The position numbers and the translations under genes were made by a program. This document shows, piece after piece, positions 46,135 to 58,097 of a stretch of 64,000 nucleotides of DNA (positions are counted from its first letter, which is position 1; every line of letters begins with the position of its first letter). Below the pieces are notes generated by a model, which was not told the DNA's origin, did not search any database, and saw only the letters and a list, made by a program, of their open reading frames with translations. The DNA comes from Picochlorum sp. SENEW3 (lineage: Eukaryota), in the NCBI GenBank assembly GCA_034226945.1, contig CP120456.1, positions 248,001-312,000 of the forward strand, read 5' to 3'.

Positions 46135-46232
46135 TGGCATCAGATAGAGCTAATAGGTCAGCAGAAGAATACCGGCCTTTGGCACTCATCAGACAGGGAT
46201 AACTGTTGATACACAACTATCATCATCTGCCA
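46135..46232 (-). ncRNA. Box C/D snoRNA with an LSU (snR38-like) guide and an 18S guide
   Basis: Stem TGGCA/TGCCA, C ATGATGA, D' guide CAGTTATCCCTGT (antisense to LSU ACAGGGAUAACUG), D guide TATTAGCTCTA (antisense to 18S UAGAGCUAAUA). Confidence 0.9.
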
Positions 46233-46350
46233 CACGCAAGCAGATGCATAGCATATACACACCTTGTTCTTGTTCTTCTTGTTGATGGCTGCGAAGCAAG
46301 TCATACATCATCTGTCTACTACCTACTACTACTGTCATAGTCTTTTAGCA

Positions 46351-46749
46351 TCAAGGCGATTCAGCCGTCTCATTCGACGTCACGGAAGAAGAAGATCCAG
46401 CCTCCTCTGCCAGCCGAGCAATCTTGTACGATGTCGGCAACGCCTCCCCATCCTTCCGCCGCTTCAACACAGCCCACCGTATCACCCCTTCATCTAACCG
46501 CAACCCATGCTCCACCTCTGACACCACATCAGACCCAGACGCAAAGGTCATCTGCCACATGGACGCCGTCGCATACCGCTCCCCAGGACGACGAATCACA
46601 TACGCCAACCTCTGCTCCCCAAACGATTTCACATCAGTAATTATCCCACCTTTATCTAAAATAACTTTACCAGCACCCGCCATCAGCCGTTTCAATTCCA
46701 CCGGCGTCAGCCGTGATTTCGCCAAACAGAACAACTCGTACAAAGGCAT
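46351..46749 (-). CDS. Organellar (probably mitochondrial) ribosomal protein bS6
   Basis: MPLYELFCL...GGIITDVKSFGEQRLAY...LRLDEGVIRW matches bacterial-type S6. Confidence 0.85.
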   Translation of the reverse strand: MPLYELFCLAKSRLTPVELKRLMAGAGKVILDKGGIITDVKSFGEQRLAYVIRRPGERYATASMWQMTFASGSDVVSEVEHGLRLDEGVIRWAVLKRRKDGEALPTSYKIARLAEEAGSSSSVTSNETAESP

Positions 46750-47271
46750 CTGTCCTGATATATCACATATCTACTCCTATACTATACATGTAGCAATAAT
46801 AGTAAAAACATTCATTTCTGGTTTGATACAGTACAGGAGATCACGACGCACCTAGGAGGATCCAGGCTCTCTGAATCCATATATAAAACATTAAAAATTC
46901 CGAGGCCGAGTGTCTTGATTGTTCTTGTTTCAGTTGAAGAGGCCTCTATTCAATATTTATTACCTACTACCACCAAATACCATTGTTATCGTGTCTCGAT
47001 ACTTTACGTACATTTTCATGTTCCAAGAGCATACTGGTATTTGTTGAACAGCTCCATACGTTCTTCTTCTTCTTCTTCTTCTTCTTTGCAGAAGAAACAG
47101 GACACTGGTCGTATGCGGTTGAAAGGAAGAAAGGAAGAGCTCCAGTAGGTCGATACGACAGAGAACGTGTTTACACATAGATACTCTGTACACGCATTCG
47201 TGTACTCTTGGCAACGCTGCCAAGTACAATACAGACACTGTAGCACAGAGTATATAGAAGAAACAGCAGCA

Positions 47272-47643
47272 ATGAGCAGCAGCTATGGTCGGCAGGCCAC
47301 CCATATAGAGCCACAAATACTCTCTAGAGACTATCAACATACGGCGCAGGGAAGAGTCGCGGCAGAGCAAGATGCAGGGCCATCCCAAGTACCTCATGAT
47401 GGTGTATATCCCAGCGGGATTGAGGGCCACGCAGCTGGACATGATGGACATGATAGAAAGCGGCAGCGGCAAGATGATGATAAAGGTGGACAGATTGTAT
47501 CTCGACTGAAGCGAGTACATCTAGGGAATCCAAATCATCATCTAGATGATGAAACGAATACAATGTATGTTGTTGTGAATAGGATGCTCAAGGAGGCCCA
47601 TGAGGATATGATGCGTCGGAAATATGAATCCCATTCATCATGA
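47272..47643 (+). CDS. Small disordered protein with C-terminal YxxVNxxLxEAH helix (FAM104/VCF-like)
   Basis: RKRQR basic patch and C-terminal MYVVVNRMLKEAHEDMMRRK. Confidence 0.5.
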   Translation: MSSSYGRQATHIEPQILSRDYQHTAQGRVAAEQDAGPSQVPHDGVYPSGIEGHAAGHDGHDRKRQRQDDDKGGQIVSRLKRVHLGNPNHHLDDETNTMYVVVNRMLKEAHEDMMRRKYESHSS

Positions 47644-47784
47644 TACCTGAATAATTTTTTTAGTAAAAAGGTAATAGCAGAGTGTCATAGTAGTATATAT
47701 CGATACCGATACGAGGAGTCGTAATAAACATAAAATAAAACCAAGGTATCGGGCCAACCGCCCTGGGGGAGACGGTTGTCGAGA

Positions 47785-49230
47785 ATGAACTCTGAGAAAA
47801 GCAGAGCTGCATACAGCGGATTGACGAATGGGAATGAGTTGGAGCCAATCCATGCTGGACAGCCATCATCCTTTGAGATAGAAGACTTGAATGTGCACGA
47901 CATTGATCTTGGGGGACACGAGCCTCGAGGTGCGTCTGGGTGGTTGTATGGCCTTTCTGAATATACCTGTGATATATAATGTTCATGTGTATTTGCAGCA
48001 AAGTGGTATCATGCTGCGTTTCATTCGGTGTGTGCTGTTGTTGGGGCTGGAGTGTTGGGAATTCCATATGCTTTTAGTTATCTAGGATGGGCTGGTGGGC
48101 TGACGAGCCTGACGCTTCTGTTTCTGATATCATTTTACACGTCTTATTTATTGTCAGAGTTGCATGAAGATGGGAATGTTCGGTTGAATACGTATAGAGA
48201 GATTGGTCAGCATGTGTGGGGGGAGCGGCGAGGGTGGTGGGCAGTGGCACCTGTTCAATACACATTGATGGCTGGGTTGTGTATTACGTATGCTGTGACG
48301 GCGGGGCAGTCGATGAAGGGGATAGCGAGTTCTGATTGCTCGGGGGCGGATTGTCAGGAGGGGATTGCTCCGTGGATAATATTGTTTGGGATTACGCAGC
48401 TGTTTTTGAGTCAGGTGCCTGATTTTCATAGTTTGTGGTGGGTATCGTTGATGGGTGGCGTGATGAGCATAGGATATTGTTTGATTGCTGCTGGAGGTAG
48501 TATTGCGGCTGCTGTGAGTGGAGAGGAGACGTATTCGGCTGCGAGGGAGTCTGAATCTCAGGCTGATAAGGTGTTTGGTGTGATGAATGCGTTGGGATCT
48601 GTCGCATTCACGTTTGGGGGTCAGGCGGTGATTCCCGAGATTCAGGCCACGTTGGCGAGGCCTCCTCGATCGCCTTTTAGTATGATGAAAGCCATAGGAG
48701 TGTCGTATGTTGTTGTGTTTCTAACGTATTATTCTGTGGGGATCAGTGGGTTTGCTGCATTTGGAAAGAGTGTGGAGCCTGATGTGCTTTTATCTATTCG
48801 TCGACCGCAAGTGCTGGTGGATATCGCGGATGTCATGGTGGTGCTCCATGTTGCTGCTGGATATCAGGTTTTTGCGATGCCATTGTTTGATGTTTTCGAA
48901 GGCGTGGTGTTGAGGAGATTGTCAAAAGCACCCAGGCCAGTGATACTGCGCTTGGGTGTCCGAAGCCTGTTTGTGTTTGTCACCACATTCATTGCGGTTT
49001 TATTACCATTTTTCGACGATCTTATGGGGCTTATTGCTAGTATTGGTCTCATGCCTATTACATTCATTCTCCCATCACTGTTATGGATTAGTTCTCGGCG
49101 ACCTGAAGGATTCGAGTTGTGGGTGAATGTTGTTATTGCTGGGGGCAGTAGTCTCTTGGCGTTGGTCGCATTTGTTGGGAGCGTGCGGAATATAATCCAC
49201 GATGCTTCCGAATATGATGCATTTGATTGA
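47785..49230 (+). CDS. Amino acid transporter (AAAP/LHT-like), 2 exons
   Basis: AVVGAGVLGIPYAF..LGW, FTFGGQAVIPEIQATL, LPFFDDLMGLI; multiple TM segments. Confidence 0.9.
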
Positions 49231-49248
49231 GTATATATTATTATATTA

Positions 49249-50466
49249 TCAAACCCTTGGTGCTTTGATGATGTGAATAAAATCCTGAGCAAAGTCTGGC
49301 AAGTCATGCACATACTCTGATAATGTCCCCTTCTTCTTCTTTTGCCAACGAGTGGCGTAGTCTCCATGTCCTGCTTGGTTGTACAATAATAATCTAGCAT
49401 GTGATAAACCGCATGCATGCAGCATGGTGTAAAATTCATACGATTCTGTCCATGGTACAGTTGTATCTCCACAGGTGGATGCCATGAGGTATATTGGTGG
49501 AAGCCTGCCAACCTCTGATGCACTCATCCGTCTCAATTCATCGCCTTCATTCATATTTTCATCATATATGGTACTATATGTATCTATTTGAGGAGGTTGC
49601 AAACCAATTCTCTGTGGAATGCTGTCCCCATGCAGTTCCACGCCAAGTTCTGGTGGTGCCATGGGACATGTGGGGGAGGATGATCCCGCAACGAGTGTAG
49701 CTCGCCGAAGCAGCACCGTTGGGGAATTAGCATCAAATTTCTTCCTCCCACCCACAGCTCTCTCCATGGTTGACAAGCGATGCACACCTCGAGCCTTTTC
49801 ATATTCAAAGTGCCTGTGGATATGATAGACTCCTGCCATCCCAACAAATGCATCTGGCATCCTGGCCCCATCAATTGCCCGTTCTAGTATCGCAAGAGCA
49901 GATAAATGAGCCCCAGCTGAATGTCCAGCAAGCACAACATTGCCCCCATCATGCGTAGGGCACATGTCAAACACCGTGTCCAGTGCCTGGGACACCTCTT
50001 TGACCATGGCGCTCGTCTCACACGAAGGAAACAGTGAATATTCCATGACACATGTGACAATCCCTTCCTCTGCCAATCGTGTCGCAAGGGGTGAGTAATG
50101 CCACTTGGACCCAGTCGCCCACACCCCTCCATGGACAAACAGCACAACAGGGTGATTGTGGTGCTCCAAATTGCAACCAGCTGGCACATAAATATCCATC
50201 ACGTTCCTCGTGCTCTCTGTCCCATATTTTTTATCATGTACTATACTCACCTGAGAAGCCATATTCTCATGCCGTGTGGCCTCATACCGAGGCACAGAGT
50301 GATACAGGTATAAACTCTTACAGGCATATGGGACCATGGAAACCATGCCGACGACTTCTGATCCCAGTATCCTCGCATACGATTGAATACCTTGCATCTT
50401 CTCCCCCATTGTTCGCATCTGACGAACATCTGCGATCGCTCCTTTTAAAGCCTCGACGAAAGACAT
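49249..50466 (-). CDS. Isoprenylcysteine methylesterase-like alpha/beta hydrolase
   Basis: VLFVHGGVW..GSK, GHSAGAHL, GVYHI..HFEYE..RGV, DTTVP, GHGD. Confidence 0.8.
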   Translation of the reverse strand: MSFVEALKGAIADVRQMRTMGEKMQGIQSYARILGSEVVGMVSMVPYACKSLYLYHSVPRYEATRHENMASQVSIVHDKKYGTESTRNVMDIYVPAGCNLEHHNHPVVLFVHGGVWATGSKWHYSPLATRLAEEGIVTCVMEYSLFPSCETSAMVKEVSQALDTVFDMCPTHDGGNVVLAGHSAGAHLSALAILERAIDGARMPDAFVGMAGVYHIHRHFEYEKARGVHRLSTMERAVGGRKKFDANSPTVLLRRATLVAGSSSPTCPMAPPELGVELHGDSIPQRIGLQPPQIDTYSTIYDENMNEGDELRRMSASEVGRLPPIYLMASTCGDTTVPWTESYEFYTMLHACGLSHARLLLYNQAGHGDYATRWQKKKKGTLSEYVHDLPDFAQDFIHIIKAPRV

Positions 50467-50951
50467 GATGATTCGGGCTCAAGAACTCTTATGCTGTCTC
50501 CTATTGTTCCATACTTGTCTCTGGCGTGCAATTGTGTACAGTCATGATGCCGATCCGACTATTGCTTGTAACAATTGTTCTGTGATTGTTCAGTCATGCG
50601 TTGTTTCATTGAGTGCCATCGGTCACAATCAATGAATCGTCCTTTCCTTACGATTGATACCCTTCTTAAAAAGATCAATAAAACTGGAAGATCTCAGCAC
50701 AGGGCCATGACGTAAATCATAAGCAGCCTCCTCGACGTGGCAATTAATTCTTGTTCATACTTACTATGTTACATGTACACTAGAAATACAAAAAGCAGAA
50801 GATTTGTGATCGACTGTAGTACTGCTAGCAGAATGGGAATCGAAAACCCACTTGTGCGGAAGCAGCGCAGGGTTTGAGGGAGGTAGAATTGCCAAAATTG
50901 GTGACATGATATCAGAGAAAATGAATTTCTAAGACAGAATAAAGTATCACG

Positions 50952-53900
50952 ATGCCTCAGTTGCGGTTGTATAACAGGCGGTGGTATACAGCCACTGATA
51001 CTCAGCCACTGCTTGCCTCATTCATGATGGTATCCCATCTCATGTTGCTCATATCAACGGCCATCATAGCAGGGCTTTTAGCAAACGCACGATATTATTG
51101 TGATGAGAGAGTCAAATTGAGTGTAGATATCATCGGAGTCTTGGTGCTATTCGTATTACTGGTTACAAATGATTGTTTGATTATTGGGTTTGGATTTCGT
51201 GGAGGGCCATTTGAGGAGAAGAAACGAAAGCCCGTGATCATTTTTCTGTATGTTGAGAGTGCGTTGATTATTGCTCACTTTGCATTCACGATATATGGCA
51301 CGTACTTGGCGTATTCACCTAGCATATCTGATGGATGTTGGAATACCAATCCTTGTGCTGGAATCTCTGGAACAGTGCCAGCTGTGTGCCTACCAGATCA
51401 ATACAATTTGATTGGGCCAGTCACGTTGAGTGAGAATTGTACTTGGATCACAAATAATTATAAAGTTGTCGACAAATGCCTGTCGAATTGGATTGGTCTG
51501 GGAGTTGGGGTACGTACTGTTGATGATTGCATTTTGCTGTCTGAGGGGCATTCTGATTCCATGCGTGACAATCCGCTTCTATTGCATTATGCAGTGGCTC
51601 AATCAGGCATATGATCCAAACTTAACACCGCCGATCAATAAGAATATCACGCCGAATTGTCAGATGGAAGCATCCTTGGATCCACGACTCAACCTTCAAT
51701 CTGATCCAAATTCTCAGATTGAATACGTGTCACGAATCCCAGAGGCAAGCAGTTACCTTGTAGATAATTCTATGATACAGTTGATGAAGTCTGTGGGGCT
51801 TTTGAATCAGTCATATCCATGGGTCACTGCGCAGACATTTCTAGTTAATCCCAGACCTCTTTTCTTGAGTCCATGGGGAGAGTGTCCACAGTTGAGTCAA
51901 TGTATAAGAGCACTGGATAATGATTGTGGCGAGTGGAATATTCTTCTGAATCTTCCGGATGGACGTGATGAGAAGTGGCTGTTTCGAACTATTGTGTTTT
52001 TGTCATGGTTTAGTCTTGGTGTTACATTGATCTTGGACATACTCTTTTTCAATGCAAATCCAGATTATACGTCTTCTGAAAGTTGGATGAAGTCGCTAGA
52101 AGGGGTGGGATCGCTATTCGGTTTCCGCCAGACTCTTGTCAATTCGATAACAGAAGAAGGGTTCTCTGCATCAGAGGAGTTTGGTGTGTTGCTCGCTCGC
52201 CTGTTTGGAGGCATCGATATGGATCTGACAGACAAGATTTTAGGCATTTACTTGGCTGGTGAACGGACTCGATGGCGAAGGCTACGGCATGTCAACGCCA
52301 TCTTGTCTATTCATGGATATAGTCAGAAGCCTTATAAACGAGGCTGTATGAGCAGGCTGTGTGGTGGTATTGGTATCGATGGGGCTATGATTTTTGAGTT
52401 TCCCGACAGGACCGCAGCCGTGAGTGATGGAATTCAAAATGCAAAGCAAACTATTGTATCCATGCTTCCGAGTCCATTCTTGGCAAAAGTATCAGATTCG
52501 CCAAATTCTCAGGAACCGTCATCCGAAGGGCCCATGACTCCACCAGAAACTATTACGATTAGTCACAGCATTGTCCGGCTTGAAACTTCTGAAACTTTGA
52601 TGAGGAGCAGTACAGGAAGTAGAATTAAGAATCGAGAATCCGTTGCAAGCGTTGTGGGAGATAACAAGAACATTCGAGTGATGCTCCCAGTTGACATCAC
52701 CCCTCTCAGGCTGCAGCCTGATATTGATTCTCGCACGGCTGCTGCCCTCTATTTGGATACCTGCAATGGATATGTGGAATCGTCCGTTTTGGAAGAAGCT
52801 TTACATTATTCCTGGTTTGCGAAAGCTGCGTACGGTCTTCAAGATCGTCGCTGGAAAGCCGCTGCGTCAGGAAAGGTCCTCGATGATTGTGGAGATTACT
52901 GTCTGAGCAAGCAATGCTGCATGCCATTCAGTAAGCCTTTGGGCCTGAAACATCGATTCCGCAAGCGGAACTTTGATGCCATCATAAATTTCACGGGAAT
53001 ACCCCCCGAAGACTTTTTATATGTCTCGTATGCAAGCACAAGCTTTGGAGTCCTCCCATACCTCATCATGCTGGACAGAAAGCACCGCAAGGTGATTTTG
53101 TCTGTACGAGGGACAGTTGGCATCAACGATCTGATGACGGACCTGCTCAGCCAGCCAGTAGGAATCAATAGCTTTTTACCACCATCACTGCTCAACCAAG
53201 CTCCCAAAAAGCCTGATGGGACGCCAATTAAATTGTTTGGTCATGCAGGAATCATATCAAGTGCCAAGGCAATCTTGCAGAGCCTTGGGGACAATAAAAT
53301 TTTTACAACTTTGCGCGAGCAGCAGAATATTGACTTGTCAGATATCAGGCGTCAAAACACTATGCGTAGTAGAAAGTTCACGGAAAATCTTAGCAATTTA
53401 TCAAAGGACAATGAGGTCGAATTTCCTCTAGAGCGAGCAGCATCGGCCGTGTATGAAGCAACCAAACTCAACGACTGGGGCATCGTGGTCACCGGTCATT
53501 CTTTAGGCGCTGCAGTCGCATCTTTGGTGTCCATGAGCTTGAAAGAAACGTATCCGTCGTTGAAATGCTTTGCCTTCAACCCACCTGGAGGCCTAGTCAG
53601 CCCAGAGCTTTCCACCTTGGCCAGAGATTTCTGCACCTCCATCGTGGTAGGATACGATATGATCTCTCGACTTGGTATTTTGGGGGTGAAGAACTTGATT
53701 GACGACATTGTCCTGTCCTTGTGCCGCTGCAAGCGTCCAAAGCTGAAGATTCTGTGGGACATTATGCTAGGCCTTCGCAAAGACCCTCAGACTGCTCCCA
53801 AGACATATTGCTCCATCGATGACATGGATGACGAGATCAAGAATATTTTACAACAGTATATGCAGTACGCAGAGCTCCATGCGGAAGACCTGGACACGCA

Positions 53901-54117
53901 GATGCTGTGCCCTGCGGGTACCACTGTGTTTCTGAGACCATACGTAATGGATGACGCCTCAGAAGAATGGGACGCTGTATATGCAGATCCCACAGATATT
54001 GTCAGCGAAGGAATCATCGTTTCACGTTACTCCATGAAGCATCATCAAATCTCAGAGATGCAAAACGCCATCTCCTGTGCAATGTCAGATGCCCATCACG
54101 CCCTCGAGAATGTGTAA
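50952..54117 (+). CDS. sn1-diacylglycerol lipase-like (lipase class 3), copy 1
   Basis: N-terminal TM helices after LYNRRW, SVRGT, GHAGI, VTGHSLGAAVA, AFNPPGG, VGYDMISRL; intron 51510-51594. Confidence 0.88.
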
Positions 54118-54447
54118 TGGCAGCAGAGGCAATCATGCACACGGATCTTCATTGTAAGATCTTGCAAATGTTCGCCAATCAATTTTTCTGAATACCGATT
54201 TTAGAGGCTGTAACGTCACATTAGAATTTTACACATGTTGATAATTTTCTGAGGTCATCTCAGAAAGAGTTTTTCTGTAGTATTACAGCCTCGGAGCACA
54301 CAGGAGAGAAAGAGAGGCTTTTCCAGTCCTGACGAGCGAGAGTTCAGAATACCGACACAGACCCTGTCCAGCGAAGGTATATTTGAAGCTGAATACCTGA
54401 TACTGTTTTTTTTTGGTTTGCCATTGATATGTAAGTGATACAGCACC

Positions 54448-57400
54448 ATGCCTCAGTTGCGGTTGTATAACAGGCGGTGGTATACAACCACTGATACTCA
54501 GCCAGTCTTGGCAGCACTCATGCTCGTGCTCCACATTCTATTGCTCATTGCTACCGCCATCATAGCAGGGATTTTGGTGAATGCTCGGTATTATTGCGAA
54601 GACAACAATAAACTCAGTGCAGACCTCATTGGTGTCTTTGTCCTATTTGGATTGTTCTTGATAAATGATTGTGTGCTTATTTTCTTTGGATTACAAGGAG
54701 GTCCCTTTCAGGAGAGGAAAAGAAGGCCCGTTATTATAGCATTGTACATTGAGAATGCACTGATTGTCGCTCATCTCGGGTTCACAATATATGGAACATA
54801 TTTGGGATATGGAGATGGTTTTGCTGATGGTTGTTGGAACACCAACCCTTGTGCTGGCATCTCAGGGACCGAGTTAGCAATATGCCTGCCAGAACAATAC
54901 AATCTAGTTGGGCAGATTTCGTTGAGAGAAAACTGTACTTGGGTAACGAATAACTATAAACTTGTCAACAGGTGCCTCAATGCTTGGGTGGATCTTGGAA
55001 TTGGGGTATGTGATCTAGTGATGTAGTGGTATTGTGTGCTGTAGATGAAATGAATTGACTTGTCTGGCATATATTTAAATACAGTGGCTTAATCAAGCAT
55101 ATGATCCAAACCTCGCACCGCCTATAGATCGGAATACCACAGCAAATTGCCAGAGAGCAAAACTTGTGGGCCCAGGGTACAACTTTCAATTTGCTGATTT
55201 GAGTGCTCAGATCGATTTTGTTCCGCGTATTCCTGTTGCAGTCGCATATTTGGTGGATAATGCAATGATACAATTACTCAAGTATGTCGGTTACCTGAAT
55301 CAGTCGTATCCATGGGTCACAGCACAGAATCTGTACACGAACCCTCGGCCACTATCTATAACCCCATGGGGAAGCTGTCCACAATTGCGTGGATGTCGCA
55401 GGGCGCTTGATAGTGATTGTGGTGAATGGAATCTAATTCTGAGCCTTCCGGATGGACGTGATGAGAAGTGGCTTTTTCGAAGCATTGTTCTTGTATCATG
55501 GCTTAGCATTGCTCTCACTGTGATCCTGGACATTATCTTCTTCAATGCATATCCGGATTATTCCTCCTCTGAAAGCTGGATGAAGTGGTTAGAACGTATA
55601 TCTAAATTATTTGGTTTCCGTGAAACGCTAATGAACTCCATGACTGAAGAAGGGTTCACTGCAGCAGAAGAGTTTGGTGTCTTGCTTGCTCGTCTTTTTG
55701 GAGGGATTGACATGGACCTGACGGACAAACTTATAGGTGTCTATTTGGCGAGCGAACGTACGCAATGGAGGCGGCTAAGACATGTCAATGCAGCTTTGTC
55801 GACCCATGGATTCAGCCAGAAACCATTTAAACCAGGTTTTCTGAGCAGATTGTGTGGTGGTCTTGGTGTTGATGGCGATATGCATTCTGAACTCGCTACG
55901 CGACATACTGTACAATTGATTGAGAGTTCCGAAACGGACGACGAATCCCAGATTCCGAGTCCATTCGTGGCGAAAATATCAGAATCACAAAGTTCCCAGG
56001 GAACATCCTCTGACGCACCAGCAACTCAACCAGAAAATATTTCACTCAGTCGCAGCATTGTCCGGCTTGAAACATCACAAAGAATTGACACAGCGGATGA
56101 GCATGTGAAGAATCGAGAATCAGCTGCTGCAAGCGTCGTGGGAGATAGAAAGTGCATCCGAGTGATGATTCCAGTTGACATCACCCCTCTCAGGCTACAA
56201 CCTGATATTGATTCCCGCGCAGCTGCTGCCCTCTGTTTGGGTGCCTGTGATGGATATGTGAAGTCGACCGTTTTGGAAGAAGCTTTGCACTACTCATGGT
56301 TTGCAAAAGTTTCATATGGTCTGCGAGACCAACTATGGGAGGCTGCCAAAACAGACAAGGTCCTCGAGGACTGTGGAGATTATGTCCTGAGCAAGAAATG
56401 CTGCATGCCATTCAGCAAGCCTTTGGGCCTGAAACATCGATTCCGTAAGCGAAACTTTGATGCCATCATAAAGTTCACGGGAATACCCCCCGAAGACTTT
56501 TTATATGTCTCGTATGCAAGCACAAGCTTTGGGATCCTCCCATACCTCATCATGCTGGACAGGAAGCGGCGCAAGGTGATTTTGTCTGTACGAGGGACAG
56601 TCGGCATCAATGATCTGATGACAGACTTACTAAGTCAGCCAGTCGGGATTAATAACTTTTTGCCATCATCACTGCTCAACCAAGCTCCCAAAAATGTGGA
56701 TGGGACGGCAATAAAATTGTTTGGTCATGCAGGAATCATGTCGAGCGCCAAGGCCATCCTACAAAGCCTCGAAGACAACAACATATTCTGCAAGTTGGAA
56801 CAGCAAAACATCGATCTATCGGAGATAGAAAGGCAAAACACCATGCAGAGTCAACAATTCACAGACCACTTGAGCACATTATCACAGGACAGTGAAGTTG
56901 AGTTTTCCATGGAACGAGCAGCGTCTGCAGTGTATGAAGCAACCGAACTCAATGACTGGGGCATCATAGTCACTGGTCACTCTTTAGGCGCTGCAGTCGC
57001 ATCTGTGATATCCATGAGCCTGATAGATTCATATCCATCATTGAAATGCTTTGCCTTCAACCCACCTGGAGGCCTTGTCAGCCCAGAGCTTTCCACCTTG
57101 GCCAGAGATTTCGTCGCATCCATCGTAGTCGGCTATGATGCGATATCTAGACTGAGCATTTTGGGGGTAAAGAACTTGATTGACGACATTGTTCTGTCTC
57201 TTTGTCGCTGCAAGCGTCCAAAACTGAAAATCGTATGGGACCTTATACTGGGCCTTCGCAAAGACCCTCAGACTGCTCCTGAAACATACTGCTCCATCGA
57301 TGACATAGATGAAGAGGTGAAGGCTATCTTGCACAAGTACATGACACATGCACAGCTCCACACAGAAGACTTGGACACGCAGATGCTGTGCCCTGCAGGC

Positions 57401-57589
57401 ACCACTGTGTTTTTGAGACCATATGTGATGGATGACGCCTCAGAAGAATGGGACGCTGTGTATGCAGATCCCACAGATATTGTCAACGAAGGAATCATCG
57501 TCTCCAGACGAGCTATGAAGCATCATCGATTGATAGAACTGCAAAACGCCATCTCGTCAGCCATATCAAATGCCCGTGAAGATGTGTGA
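54448..57589 (+). CDS. sn1-diacylglycerol lipase-like (lipase class 3), copy 2
   Basis: Paralogous to 50952-54117 over its full length, with an intron at the same position (55006-55084). Confidence 0.88.
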
Positions 57590-57651
57590 AGATGATGATC
57601 ATCATCATCATTGTTGTCGTTGTTGGTCTATAGGAGTAGCATGGATACACC

Positions 57652-57655
<4 letters not shown>

Positions 57656-57698
<43 letters not shown>
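57656..57698. repeat. (AG)21 microsatellite
   Basis: Uninterrupted AG dinucleotide run of 43 nt. Confidence 0.97.
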
Positions 57699-57701
<3 letters not shown>

Positions 57702-58097
57702 GTATTTGGATCATGTGTGACATCTGGCAAGGGAGATCCCTCCTCCATGCATGCCATATTTATGGAGGGAATATTCTGTTCCCCAGACAGAGGAGGAGAA
57801 TCCGATGCCACCGACCAACATGAAGACTGTCACAGTAGGACTGTGAAACAATTGTCATTATTATTGCCAAGAAAAACTAGCAGCACTATTAAAAAATTAA
57901 TACGGACGTACAATTGTGCATAAAAAATTCACCATAAGAAAAAAACCCCAATCAAGCAGCAGGATTTTTCGTTGACGCCAAGGCGGTTCCAACAACAAAA
58001 CGCCTCATCTCGAGGCCAACACAGCCCTCTCTGGTCTAGAAAGGATTGCATATGCCTCTACTTTAGTGGCGTTGTCAAGGAGAAAGCAAGAAGATCC

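Noticed and set aside
45657..46202. 181-aa plus-strand ORF and overlapping short minus-strand ORFs
   Set aside because: No ATG at the called start, no protein-like motifs, and the sequence is fully explained by minus-strand snoRNAs.
57570..57923. ORFs with ERERER/SLSLSL tracts
   Set aside because: Translations of the (AG)n microsatellite in intergenic/UTR sequence.
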